NCBI RefSeq assembly: GCF_964355755.1
Contig: NC_092676.1
Coordinates: 27,918,871 to 27,982,870 of the forward strand
Direction: 5' to 3'
Origin: Antedon mediterranea
Taxonomy: Eukaryota; Animalia; Echinodermata
Length of the DNA: 64,000 bases
Shown: one piece after another, positions 12,901 through 25,145 of the stretch
Position numbering within the stretch: the stretch's first letter is position 1
How the letters are laid out: the number at the start of each line of letters is the position of its first letter
Program-made: the position numbers and the translations under genes
The notes under the pieces: generated by a model
Databases searched by the model: none
Told to the model about the DNA's origin: nothing
What the model saw: the letters and a program-made list of their open reading frames with translations, nothing else

Positions 12901-15799
12901 CAAGCAAATTGATTATCACCTGACCACCATATTGAACTTTTAGTGTACATAAATGCCTGTGAATTTTATAGACAAATTATTAACAGTTAAAGCTCTGTCT
13001 ACAAAAATGTGATGTGCCCAAATACGGAAGTGATATGGCTAAATATGGTAGTGATATGCCCAAATACGGTAGTGATATGACATTATCGTGTCCGTATATG
13101 GGCACATCCCATTTTTTGTCACATAAAGTTTGATAGTGTAAACAGAGCTTAACACTCAATAATCATAGTGGAAGTTTCTTTGAGTGGGCTTATATTATAG
13201 TAGGGTGGGATTATACACAGATCAATACATGATTGTAAATTAGACTATGTTATTATATTACATATTATATATATATATTTAATGTATGCATAGAAAATGA
13301 AATGAAACACAAAATGAAAGTACAAAATGAAAATTACTTGAAATAAAAAATGTCACAAGTTAAACCAAATACTGATTTGTAATTACCTATCAAAAGCTGG
13401 AGCCGAAGCCTCATATCCTCGTGACATCTTGACCTTGTGTGACCCCACTTGTAAACCAGGCTGTTCCCAGTAAAGAGGAACCGACCCCCTCGTCTGGATA
13501 TATGATGTCATCTTATCTTCTAAATATATTACCTGAAATACAAAATGAACCTGATAAGAATCTGTCTATTACTATCAAATTAGTTTGACCAAAAAAAGTG
13601 TGATACAGTATACCCAAATATGGTAGTGATATGCTTAAATATGATAGTGATATGACATCATCATGTCCATATATGGGCACATCACATTTTTTTGTCACAT
13701 AAAGTTTGATAGTGTAGACAGAGCTTAACATTGTATATAATCTACAGTAATAAACAAAACTGCAGTAACTGCATTAGAATAATTTTAACAATCCTACGAA
13801 CCTGTTCAGTTTCACAAAAATTGGCAACATGCCCATAATCGTTCGTGCCCCTGACATTGAACCGAGTGCCGACACGTTCGCAGCTCAGACGTGAGATGAT
13901 GCACGCTTTTGCGAGATGACTCCCACAATAGATTGTCTTGATCTCGACACCTCCGCACATTGTTACTAACAGCCATTTGGTACAGTCTACATTGTAACGT
14001 TTTAAATGAAGGTGTAAGGTCCTATTCCTATAATATATATAAACAAAATCTTTATAATCTTATCAAACTTGGTTAGCAAAAAAATCATCTATCATTGTTT
14101 TAATCAATTATTTTTAAAATCATTTTTTTAAAATAATATACATAGGCAAATGTTTGTGCAAATAAAAGTTTATTACTTATAATAAAAAGAACTTGTTTGA
14201 TAATAAAGCTTTAGTTTTTTATCACTTTACGTAATGGTTATTTATCTATTCTTGATTTAAGCAAAAAGATTGTTGAGCCAGCCCTGATCAACAAATTCAA
14301 AGAATAATAATATGGTCAACTCCAATTAAAAAAAAGATATTTATGTAATAAATAAAGAGAATATCAAAGGTACTCAATGTCAGTACACAAAAATAAACAA
14401 AAAATAAACAAACCAGAAAAAGCGGTTATCAGTGCTGTGAGACTGTTGTTGGCGCTGTGCACACAGCGTAAGGTCAAATCTTTCTTCCGCAGTAGACGAA
14501 TATGTGAAGTAAAATGTGCCGGAGTTGAGAAGTTTTCGTACTTCTGCTATGCGCTCTTCATCTGCTTGATTGTTTCTCAGTGAGATGAATGATGTAGCAG
14601 TAATTCGAAACACCTCGGTGTTGCCGATCTTTCCTAGAGACACGGTTCCTGTCACCATGACAAGGTACAGGACAGTTTCATCACCTTAAAAAATTAAAAT
14701 TGTTGTTAACATACTAAGTGATAATTATTACTTATCTCTTTTTGAATGTTATAAGCTCACAGTACAGTACCAATTCAACCTAGTTACATATCAGCACGTA
14801 TGACCTTGAATAATAAACTTACATAAATTTTCTAAAACTCTGGCTACAGTATCAAAGTTTATGTGAAAAAGAAATGTAAGGTGCCCTTTTATTGACATGA
14901 TGATGTCATATCACTACCATATTTGGGCACATCACATTTTTTTGTAAAATTAGATAGTGTAGATAGAGCTTGAGTTTATATTAACAATACATTGGGGTTA
15001 TTCTATTGATGTAAGACGATAAAGATGATGGCAACAAAAATGACAAACAATGTCAAGATGATGAAAATGATGTAGATGATTTAATAAATGGAGAGAATCG
15101 ATGATAACAATTAAAATAGATTATTGATGACAGGGATGATGATAAATTTAAATTTAAAAAAAAAGGAATCCATCAGAAAATATAAACATCCTGTATGTAT
15201 TGACCATGGAGGTATAATACCTCCATGTATTGAAATTGGTTGATTTGATTTATTTCAGCATCATAAAAACAATTAAATAAAATACAATGGTTGAATTGGT
15301 TGATTTATTTTATCATACCTGTATTGAGTTTAAGTATTCCCAGACACCCATAAGCCTCAAGAATCTTCTCATATTGTTTTTTCAATGAATCGACCTCAGA
15401 ATAACCTTGAAATAAAACAGATATTACTCATTCATATCATAACTTCAATATTAAATTTATTAAATAATGTATTAAAAGAAACCAAAAAAATAGCTTTAAC
15501 AATAAATAATCCTACCACAAGGTAAAACGTTTATCCATTAATTCAATAATAAAAACAAATTTTCAGGAGCTGCTGGATAAATATAATAACAGGCTAGGCC
15601 TAGCTGATAATGATTTGTGCCCGGGGCTGAAATGTGTTTGCCAGGCACAGTGCAATAAAAATCAAACGTCGCACCTACCCAAAATCGCAACGACGTCCGA
15701 TTCAAAAAGTAAAGATTCTTCGATATCTGTTGATTCCAAAATGACAGAATATGGTGGCTCAGTCTTGTGGAAAACTCTAAATGACTTTCTCATAGACAT
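3910..15799 (-). CDS. SYNJ1: Synaptojanin (Sac1 phosphatase + inositol 5-phosphatase + RRM-like + proline-rich tail), ~21 coding exons
   Basis: Start [22 protein letters not shown] (15679-15799). Sac1 motifs [16 protein letters not shown] (~13801-14028), [14 protein letters not shown] (~13387-13532) and catalytic [12 protein letters not shown] (~10795-10876). 5-phosphatase motifs [63 protein letters not shown]. Pro-rich exons ~4886-5577 and 3910-4582. GT-AG boundaries. Confidence 0.95.
5674..5826. repeat. 20-21 bp tandem (AACCCCACCCCTATTAAGAGA x~4) inside a degenerate Tc1/pogo-like MITE
   Basis: Tandem units at 5700-5780; the right end ...AGAGTTCTACTG|TA and left CAGTAGAG resemble CAGTAGAAC-type TIRs. 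Confidence 0.5.
7222..7388 (-). mobile_element. 5'-truncated copy of SINE family 2
   Basis: Shares GTACCCATTT..CCTGGGTGGAGAGGCAAAT and the 3' tail with the copies at 11370-11650 and 41150-41420. Confidence 0.75.
10946..10976. mobile_element. 31-bp hairpin with exact 7-bp TSD (putative P-element excision footprint)
   Basis: ACTCAAC|CATGGAGTAAAGAAT-A-ATTCTTTACTCCATG|ACTCAAC. Confidence 0.75.
11370..11650 (-). mobile_element. tRNA-derived SINE family 2 (CORE-like centre, L2-like tail)
   Basis: Minus strand: degenerate tRNA head with B box GGTTTGAATCC, central TGCCTCTCTCCACCCAGGTGTATAAATGGGTAC and tail AGCGCATTGAG...TATATAAA. Confidence 0.75.
12189..12734. mobile_element. Kolobok/T2-type non-autonomous element
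   Basis: TTAA|AGATGTTTTGTCCCTT ... AAGGGACAATACATCT|TTAA: TTAA TSD, AG..CT termini, ~16 bp TIR. Confidence 0.8.
15205..15227. mobile_element. 23-bp hairpin with 6/7 TSD (putative P-element footprint)
   Basis: TATTGAC|CATGGAGGTAT-A-ATACCTCCATG|TATTGAA. Confidence 0.65.
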
Positions 15800-16255
15800 T
15801 GTACAATTATAAAACACTCATGTAAAGCGTAATTTATCTATAAAATATGAAAACATTTCAGGCAGCCAGCCATCCGACCCAATACCGGAAGATTGTTTAC
15901 CTAAAACGAAAAATCCCTTTCTATATTTTGGACTAGGCTACTTTATGTAGGGGTAATAAAATGCATTTGTATTATTTACTATTAAACGTGGAATTAAATA
16001 ATTCATACAAATGTTACTTAATTGATTTAGTGATATATCCTTTTGTGTATTTGCTTATAAAAAGTGTTGTTTAGCATCCTTAGTCATTTTAAATTTACAA
16101 TAAAATTAACAAAATCCCTACAAAGAATGGTGAGGCCAAAGGGGGAGGTCTCCATCATTAGGGAATTTCTCAATTCTCCCTACTCCATCGTGAGCCGTTT
16201 GAGAGTTTAGTTTTGCCTAATCTAGCTAAAAGTACCAGATCCAGGGCCCTTCAAA
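15800..16255. promoter_or_regulatory. Probable bidirectional promoter of synaptojanin and ILVBL
   Basis: The start codons are head-to-head, 456 bp apart; ETS-like CCGGAAG at ~15885. Confidence 0.6.
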
Positions 16256-19200
16256 ATGATCGAATATTTGTTAGCTGGATTTGCTCTGTTAATTGTTATT
16301 CTATTAAATTTTCTAGAATCACATCTTGGTATTATATTTCAACTTTTTCACAAGGTACGTCTAGGCCTAACATAACTAGGAGGCTAGGGCTAAACAACTA
16401 AAACGAAAGGCCTAAATCGAGGGTAGCACCTGACTCTAGCTAGGCAGGCTCATACATTACTATGGCCTATATATAGAGGTTCATTTTAAAATATAGCTCT
16501 GCCACGCTAAAAAGAAAAGAAAGGCATTGGCTGTGCCTACTAGTAAAGTAGGTTGTTTTTGTTTTGGCAATTATAAACTATTGTATTATTGTTTATTAAT
16601 TAAAGCATAGACCTATCAATTTAATTTATATATAGATAACCTATATGCTACATGATGATTAAAAGGTCTGCATGATGAATAAACAATAGTCAATTGTTAG
16701 GATTGCGTAACACCACGTGTCCAAAAGGAAATGAAGTATTGTATTCATAAATACATATATGCAATCATACTGTATAATCCTGTGTTTAATATAATAATTC
16801 ATCATAGTGTATTTCCTTTTGAACTTTACTATTAGTCAATTGTTTATTGTTTAACAACAATGCCTCCTTTGTCTTCTTTTTGTAGAAAATCAATGATGCA
16901 TGACCATGAAATTTAAGAAGAATTTATTTTTTTTAATAATTTTTTTTTCCATTTTTACAGGCAGATGCAGACTCTCCTCGTAATGGTGGAGAACTTGTCG
17001 CGGCTGTCCTAAAAGAACATGGAGTCAAGTATTTATTTACACTTTGCGGTGGACACATATCCCCAGTTCTTGTGGCGTCGGAAAAGTGTGGCATTCGTGT
17101 AGTAGATGTTCGGCATGAGGTGCACATAAAATTCTTTTCATGATTGTTCTGCATCTTACAAATTAACCATTAGTGTAATAACAAAATTATAAGTACATAA
17201 TTTACGTTTGAAATACATTTTCTACATTCCTCATTGTGTATAAGTAATTTGCATATATGAATCCAAAGGCAAATTACTGAAAATAATGACAATGTTGTGG
17301 GTATTAGTGGCTGGATCTCAATGGAGATACAAAATAAAATAAGCAAAAATGATAAAGACAGCCAGAAAAATTAGCAGAGATTTCGGTTGCATATATGATG
17401 TGCAAAGTAATTTGCATATGGTGTACCTAAGTAATTTGCATATGATGTACATTTGTAATTTGCATAGAGGTGCCATAATTTTCCCAATTTCTTGACCCTC
17501 ACTTCTTCAGTAAATGACACCAAAAATAATGACATTTTTTAACAGGTGACATCAGTATTTGCCGCTGATGCAGTCGCAAGACTCTCCGGTACTGTCGGTG
17601 TTGCCATCGTTACAGCTGGACCCGGTCTAACAAATACAATCACTGCCGTTAAAAACGCTCAAATGGCTGAATCACCTGTACTTCTAATGGGAGGTGCTGC
17701 CGCAAACTTACTTAAGGTAAATTACTTACAGTTATTTATGTTGATATACTGTATAAGGAGAATATTTACAATATTAATAAAATGATTTTCGTTTTTTTTT
17801 TCAGGGTCGCGGGGCTCTTCAAGACATTGATCAAATGTCGTTATTCAAACCATTATGCAAATACTGCGGCACGATCAAGCGTGTCCGTGACATTGTACCG
17901 ACGGTACGCAAAGCTCTGGCCATTGCTCAATCTGGTACACCAGGTAACAACCATGTTATTTAAAGCTCAGTTGTCTACCCTATCAAACCAATTTGACAAA
18001 AAAAGTGTGCCAATTATTAGTGATATGCCAAATTTGGTATTGATATGACATCATCATGTCCATATATGGCCACATCACATTTTGTTGTCTGATAGTGTAG
18101 ACAGAGCGCAAGGCTATAGGTTTTTCAGTACACCATCACTCACTTTGCACCATTACTTTTGATGGATTTTAAAACCCTTTTTGTCATTTTTTCAGGTCCA
18201 GTGTTTGTTGAATTGCCGATCGATACACTTTATTCATACCAATCTGTCCAGAAAGAAGTTGGAGGAGGAGGCGGTCCCAAAAAAGGTCTTGTCAATAATA
18301 TTCTGTCATGGTAAGCCAATGAATTGTGGGTAAGAAGTAGCACAAGCCAAAATTGACTTTGGAAAAGCACAAATATTTATCAAGGGTTTTAAATTTGTTT
18401 TACAGGTATTTGAACAATTATGTATCAAATATGTTTGCTGGAGCATTTGATAGCCAAGATGTTACACCATTGCCTGTGGATCTACCTCTTGCAACGGAAT
18501 CACAAGGTACGCTGTTATTGACCTACTGTGACCTTCCAAAAGTGTCCCTTACCTGTGATGTCCCAAAGGTTCCCCTCTTCATAGATCTATCTGGCAATAC
18601 TAAAGAAAGTTATGGGATAGACAGATGATATTCAAAGGATTTAACTTAAATTGATGTTTTTTTTTTCAATTTTTAGTGCAATCAGCAATTGAGATTGTAA
18701 GTAGAGCTAAGAAGCCAGTTTTAGTACTCGGAAGCCAGGCAACACTGCCCCCAGTTCCAGCAGATCAGATTCGATCTTCCCTCGAGGTAGAGTAAATGAT
18801 TTTTTTAATTCAGCAACCAGGGAGGAAATATCTATATATTTCCTCCATGGTACAACTACTAATTTGTGAATAAACTTATGTAAAGCTTTAATTAAAATGT
18901 ATCAACTTATTCGTTCAAACTGTAACTGTTATAAAATATTACATATTTTAGACAATGGGGATACCATGTTTCCTGGGAGGAATGTCTCGTGGCATGCTGG
19001 GAAGGAACAGCGATATTCACATAAGACAAAAGAGACGAGATGCACTCAGAGAAGCAGACGTTGTAGTGTTAGCCGGTACTCTATTTCTTTGTTATTTAAA
19101 TCAATAAAAATCATCTTTTCTCTAGTGAGAAATGATTCATATATAGTGTAGAATTTAGTCTACTTGAATTTACAACTATGCTATACAGTAATTACAATTT

Positions 19201-21007
19201 TTTTGCATTTTAGGAGCTGTACCAGATTTTCGTTTAAATTATGGTCGTCATTTAAGTAGAAAATCGAAAATTATCGCAGTAAATAGAAATAAGGAGCAAC
19301 TGTATAAGGTATGCATTCAATCAATAATACAAACCAAACCTCATGGTCAAAGGGCTAGAGTATTGGGTCAACTTCCTAAAGCTTTGTCTATATTATCAAA
19401 CTTTGTGACAACAAAATGTGATGTGCCCATATATGGACATGATGATGTCATATCTCTACCATATTTGGGCACATGACACTTTTTTGTCAAACTATTTGAT
19501 AGTGGAGACAGTGCTTATTTATTTAGGTGATATTTTTCGTTGCAGAACACTGATGCATTTTGGAAGCCTAGCCTAGCTGTTCAGGCAGACGTTGGCAGTT
19601 TCTTGTTGTCTCTACAAAAAGGTCTAAAAGACTTCAAATGTGATGAAGAATGGGTGAAATCATTGAAGGCAAAAGATCAGGAAAAGGAGGACTCAAACAG
19701 GCAAGGAATATTAATTTACAGTCTACAGTCACTGGGCATGAATTTGGTCCGACCACTGGACAGGAATCCAATCTCAGTAGCTTTACAGTCTACAGTCACT
19801 GGGCATGAATTTGGTCCGACCACTGGACAGGAATCCAATCTCAGTAGCTTTACAGTCTACAGTCACTGGGCATGAATTTGGTCCGACCACTGGACAGGAA
19901 TCCAATCTCAGTAGCTTTACAGTCTACAGTCACTGGGCATGAATTTGGTCCGACCACTGGACAGGAATCCAATCTCAGTAGCTTTACAGTCTACAGTCAC
20001 TGGGCATGAATTTGGTCCGACCACTGGACAGGAATCCAGTCTCAGTAGCTTTACAGTCTACAGTCACTGGGCATGAATTTGGTCCGACCACTGGACAGGA
20101 ATCCAATCTCAGTAGCTTTACAATGTTCAGTTACGAAAATATGGAACAAAAAACGCAATATGATAGTTTTCTACTTGCATTTTTTTCTTATGAACGCTCT
20201 ATTTTTTCTATCGTTTTAGGAAGAAAGCCGCAGAACCTGTGAACAAGTATCTTAATCCTCTTCAAGTACTTTACCATGTAGAGTCTACGTTGGACGACAA
20301 CAGCATCTTAGTGGCTGATGGTGGCGACTTCGTCGGTAGTGCGGCCTATATTGTCAGGTACAGTATCTATCTATACTTCTTGGCTTCTCTAAAATGAATC
20401 ACATACAGTATTATATTGTTATTTGTTTTGTCATGATTTTGTTTTTTATTTTTTAGGCCCAGGGGTCCAATGCGCTGGCTTGATCCAGGTGCCTTCGGTA
20501 CACTAGGAGTTGGAGGTGGATTCGCTTTAGGTGCCAAGCTGGTGAGGCCAGATGCCGAGGTCTGGATCATGTACGGGGATGGATCACTTGGGTACAGTGT
20601 AGCTGAATTTGACACTTTTACTCGTCATAAATGCCCCGTGATAGCTGTGGTTGGTAACGATGCTTGTTGGACGCAAATTGTTCGGGAACAGGAGCCGATG
20701 CTGGGGTCAAGAGTTGGATGCGACCTCGCTGTAAGCTGTTTAGATTAAATACATATTAAATATATACTGCATTGTTTTTAAACTTTAAAAAGAATTACTA
20801 ATTCTAATTTCCATTTCCTAGTTCTGTGATTACGATACGGTTGCGAGAGGCTACGGTGGTTATGGACTGAAGCTGTGTGGTGAGGAAGGTGAAGATGTAC
20901 TGAAGACACTCCAGTCCGCTCAGAAGCTCTGCAAGGAGGGACAACCTGTCCTAGTTAACTGTCTGATTGGTAGAACTAACTTCAGGGATGGATCTATCTC
21001 TGTTTAA
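16256..21007 (+). CDS. ILVBL: Acetolactate synthase-like protein / 2-hydroxyacyl-CoA lyase 2 (TPP enzyme), 13 exons
   Basis: N-terminal hydrophobic anchor [17 protein letters not shown] (16256-16354); [16 protein letters not shown]; VTAGPGLTN; VADGGDFVG; [17 protein letters not shown]; TPP motif GDGSLG...GNDACW; C-terminus FRDGSISV*. Exons ~16961-17119, 17546-17716, 17805-17944, 18196-18311, 18406-18506, 18677-18786, 18951-19075, 19214-19308, 19546-19700, 20220-20357, 20457-20730, 20822-21007. Confidence 0.95.
17261..17386 (-). mobile_element. 5'-truncated Penelope-type pLTR fragment with 12-bp TSD
   Basis: Homologous to 29487-29649; flanked by TTGCATATATGA on both sides; truncated within the hammerhead (CCGAAA remains). 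Confidence 0.65.
18818..18849. mobile_element. 32-bp hairpin (putative older P-element footprint)
   Basis: CAGCAAC|CAGGGAGGAAATAT-CTAT-ATATTTCCTCCATG|GTACAAC; TSD only 4/7; same arm family as 37927. Confidence 0.5.
19715..20121. repeat. 67-bp tandem repeat x6, near-identical, in ILVBL intron 10
   Basis: Unit ACAGTCTACAGTCACTGGGCATGAATTTGGTCCGACCACTGGACAGGAATCCAATCTCAGTAGCTTT; I saw only one substitution across the copies. Confidence 0.95.
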
Positions 21008-21703
21008 AGTAGAGACATACATTATCTCGGCCAGATAATTTTACTATTGTTGGCTAGCCATAAATTAAGACCAAAAATTACCGTTACAAGCTGTGACTTG
21101 TATTCTAAAGCAAATTTTAAATCCTAAATAATCAGATATAATTTTTAGTCGAACTACTGGAAGTAAAAAATCATCAATATAATTGAACTCACAATAAAAA
21201 CTGCATAAAAGTATTAATGAAATGTAAAATTAGAGACATTTATTTGTTACAAAAATGGTTATTATGTTCGTTTGTGTCAATTATTTTCCAAATTTAGAAT
21301 CATTGTGTAAATTCTCTATAAATAGTACTGAAAAAGAAAATATTAAGTTAAATGACCAAGAATATTAAAAATTATATGAAATTGAATTTGTTGTTATTCT
21401 TGTTTGTAAACTAAAGATTACAACAAGCATAGTAAAAGCAAGGACGTGAGCAAATTGATTTGAGCGTATCATCACGAAAAGAAGAACTCTTATCAAACAA
21501 TTTATAATTATATAAATAAATACTAACTAACAGGAAATATCATATTGAGTATTCTGAGACTATCCCAGAATTGACACACAAATATAAAAACAAATCTGAA
21601 AGAGTATAAAAATATATATAAACTAAATCATATTGTTAAATATTACTGCTCTTGGTTTTGTATTTATGAATCCACTCCTGAAAATCATAATCCATCGTAT
21701 CGA

Positions 21704-24611
21704 TTAGAGAAATGACGCCATTGCTTGCCACATGTCTTTTGCCTGTTGTTTTCCTTTGGCGTCGCCATCATAATCAAGCGTATCTCCATGCCACGCACCG
21801 ACGCCGCGTAGGTTACCGATCTTTGCATAATCATATCGGTACTTTAGACTTTCTGGGTCGTCGTACCACATTTGATGCATTGCTCCCGTTTCAGCGCTCT
21901 ATACAAATAAATTATTTCAAATCATTTGCAAAAAAATGTAGATGTACAATAGCAGTGGGTGTGAATTCAGTTTTAATTCACACAACATACACAATATATA
22001 TAAATAATAATAAAACATGAGTGTGTGTGGAGATTACAATAAGCCATAGCATGGCTTTAAGTCTGAACCTCCAGATAAAACAGTAATTTATCAAGTGAAT
22101 AACATTGTTCTACCTGATGCATAAGAAAAATCAAAAGGATGAAGTATGGTACTAGATACCAAAAGTATAGACTATTAAACAAGTGTATACCTTATATTGG
22201 AAGTAGGGTGCTGCATATGTACTGTTCCACTGCCGTCCTGTTGTTGAACTTGTACTTAAAATCTTCTGTATATAGCGATACTCCACTTGTTTGCCAGCTG
22301 CATCGCTACAAGGTACTCCACGAAATGGTATCTTCTTGATGCTGCATACATCCTCCTAAACAACAATCAATGATAACAATACTATTGTACTGATAACAGA
22401 TTTTGTACACAAATTGGACAGCTAAAGCTTTGTCTACACTATCAAACTTGTTTGACAAAAAAAGTGTGTCTAAATATGGTAGTGATATGACATCATCATG
22501 TCCATATAAATGGACACATCCCATTTTTTGTCACATAAAGTTTTATAAGGTTAAGCGTCAAACTTACCTCAGTTAAAGTTACACAAGGGTAATCATACCC
22601 ATACCAAGGCACACCAAGCACAAGTTTATAAGGTGAAATTCCCAGTTTTATAAACTTTTCAACACCTACAACAAAAATACAGAATCTGTTGTGAATAAAA
22701 GAAAGTGTATATCACAAGGAACTTATTCCTCTTTTAGTTTGATTCAGAATTGTAATTTAATTTTTAGCACTGTTAAAAATAGTTAAATAGTTATATAACT
22801 ACTTTTTTTTTGCTTTTTTACTATTACAGTAGAGATAAAATGAAGTAAATTATGAAATAATTTAAATAAAGATCACAAACCACTAGCTGTCTTATTGTAT
22901 GGTGAGTTTGCCATGGCAATACAGTCACCGTATATCTGACTCTGCTCGTCGTATGACATCACAAACACAAAGTCACATGCATCTGCAATATCTTTGTAGT
23001 TATAGCAACGCTTGTCAATGCAATCAGGTGACCAAGCAACATCAGTGGTAACCTGAATAATGTATAATTGAATGATAATTAATTTTTTTACTTTCATTTG
23101 CGCCATCTGCATATCATGGATTAGATTTCAAAAGATACTATCAATAGTGAAGCTCTGTCTACACTATCAAACTTTGTGTGACAAAAAAATGTGATGAAAA
23201 TGTTATATATGTGAACTTTATTCAATCAATCGTACATTTGTTATAATGGTAACCACAATAAGATATAATATTACAGTAGATTTTTACAAAAAAACAAGAC
23301 CAATATAAATATTAATTATAAAATATATACAATGATTATTTACAGTAATGATAATAATAAAAATTAATTGTTTATATTGAATATTATTGGAAACAGAAGT
23401 TGAATAATAAAATACTGGAAAGTTTAATTAGAGGTTTACAATCAATGGAAAAGATGAAAACATATAATATTGTGATATACCAATAATGGACATGATGTTG
23501 TCATATTACTACCATATCTGGTCACATCACACAATTTTTGTCAAACTAGTTTGATAGTGTAGACAGAGCTTTAGCAAGTTAAAAAAGTACCTGTGATCCA
23601 GGTATCATTTCATGAAAAACTAGGGTAGTCTCTGCAACGAGTTTTGTAAGTAACGGTGCATCTGATTTGTCCAAAGGATCTTCAATATCGATGTTGATAC
23701 CATCCATAAACTGATCCTGAGCCAGCTTAACTTGCTGCGTTATCCACAAATTGGTATACGTTGAATTATTCAGTTGGTCTGCTGATACAACACCTTTAAA
23801 AAGTAAACAACTGATAGGTTATCATAACTTAGTCTACTATAAAAATAAAGAGAATTGAATTGAATTCTTTTTCTTTTCACAACCAACATGCACACACAAT
23901 CCTGATTCAATTTCTCAAGTTCTTACTACACTTTTATATTATTTTATCATTAATTTATTATTTAGTATAAACATATTTTTGTTTTTATACCAATAGACCC
24001 TATGCACCATTTCATGAAAAAGTGTACAGTTTTGAAACCATTTATTTTACCATATTTATAAATTAAAATTAGAACCTTATAGCTGAAAAGGGATACCTTT
24101 CAATACAACCCTTGCTCCGTGTGAGTGTGCATAGCACATCAGATCAGGGTCATATTTCCCAAACATTGCAACTGTTGTAACTATTGACCAATCATAGCTC
24201 TTCCAGTCTGATCCGCCAAGTTGGAATATGAAAATCTGAAAAATAACAAACCTCAATATAGCCTACCACTAGAGTGCACTGGACAATATTAAAATGTGGG
24301 TGACCAATAAATGAAATATCATATGCACTGTAGATGTTGATGCTGATGCATGGCTGTCACAGGCCAGGACCATCATGCTGCATGTGGATTATGATGATAC
24401 CTACAAGGTAGGTGCTTGTTTCGCAAATTGTTGCCTGGCTGATGATACGCCGAGGACGAGGTTGCCTCCTGGAACTTACCTCTTTTCTTGGAGAACTAGA
24501 TATTGGTTTGCAAAGGGAACTATCAGAGCAAGGACAAGAGGTCGAACATATGACCAATGATATCATTAATTTAATAATGCTCAAAACGAGCAAAAAACTC
24601 CGGTTTTTCAT
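21704..24611 (-). CDS. CTBS: Di-N-acetylchitobiase (GH18), paralogue 1, 7 exons
   Basis: Signal peptide + CPCSDSSLC; WKSYDWS..FGKYDPDLMCYAHSHGARVVLKG; catalytic DGINIDIE; DVAWSPDCIDKRCYNY..MSYDEQSQI; LVLGVPWYGYDY; HQMWYDDPESL..GVGAWHGDTLDY. Exons ~24480-24611, 24098-24235, 23591-23793, 22881-23052, 22568-22665, 22191-22355, 21704-21897. Confidence 0.93.
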
Positions 24612-24660
24612 CTTTAAATACGATGGACTCGACTAGAATCAGTGTGTTAGTTTCCTCCTA

Positions 24661-24692
24661 GATCACGTGACATAACAGTTCTATCACATGAC
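24661..24692. promoter_or_regulatory. CLEAR/E-box (GTCACGTGATC on -) plus M-box (GTCATGTGA on -) in the CTBS bidirectional promoter
   Basis: TCACGTGAC at 24663-24671 and TCACATGAC at 24684-24692, 21 bp apart and ~50-80 bp upstream of a lysosomal hydrolase ATG. Confidence 0.55.
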
Positions 24693-25145
24693 AGGGCTTA
24701 AAAACCACTGAAGTGTGACGTCGATGGCTTTGAAACTCAGGGGAATAACCCTAAAAGTGGAAAAACGCTGCACAATTACTTTAATCCTATAATTGGTAAA
24801 ATTAATTTTTTCCATTTTGATGAATGATTGAATTAATATAATTAGGCCTATAATGCCTAAAAAAGCGTAAACTTTAAAATACTATTTAAATAAGGCCTAC
24901 GTAGTCATTTATTCATTTAAATGGTGCTACATAGGCCTTATAATATATACAGTGTGACCTTATTACGGAACTCTTTTATATTATGATTTGCTCATGCGGC
25001 AAAACAATAAAGACGAAAAGAAAATTGTTTTGTGTTCATGCCCATGATCAACGAGGAAATAAAATCGTATAATTGGTATTATAGCAGGGTTTAGGCTTAC
25101 TACTCTACCCTATTTTATTAATAGAATAAGCACTTCTTCGAGAAT

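Noticed and set aside
19715-20121. CRISPR-like array
   Set aside because: The units are contiguous identical repeats without unique spacers, in a eukaryotic intron, with no cas genes.
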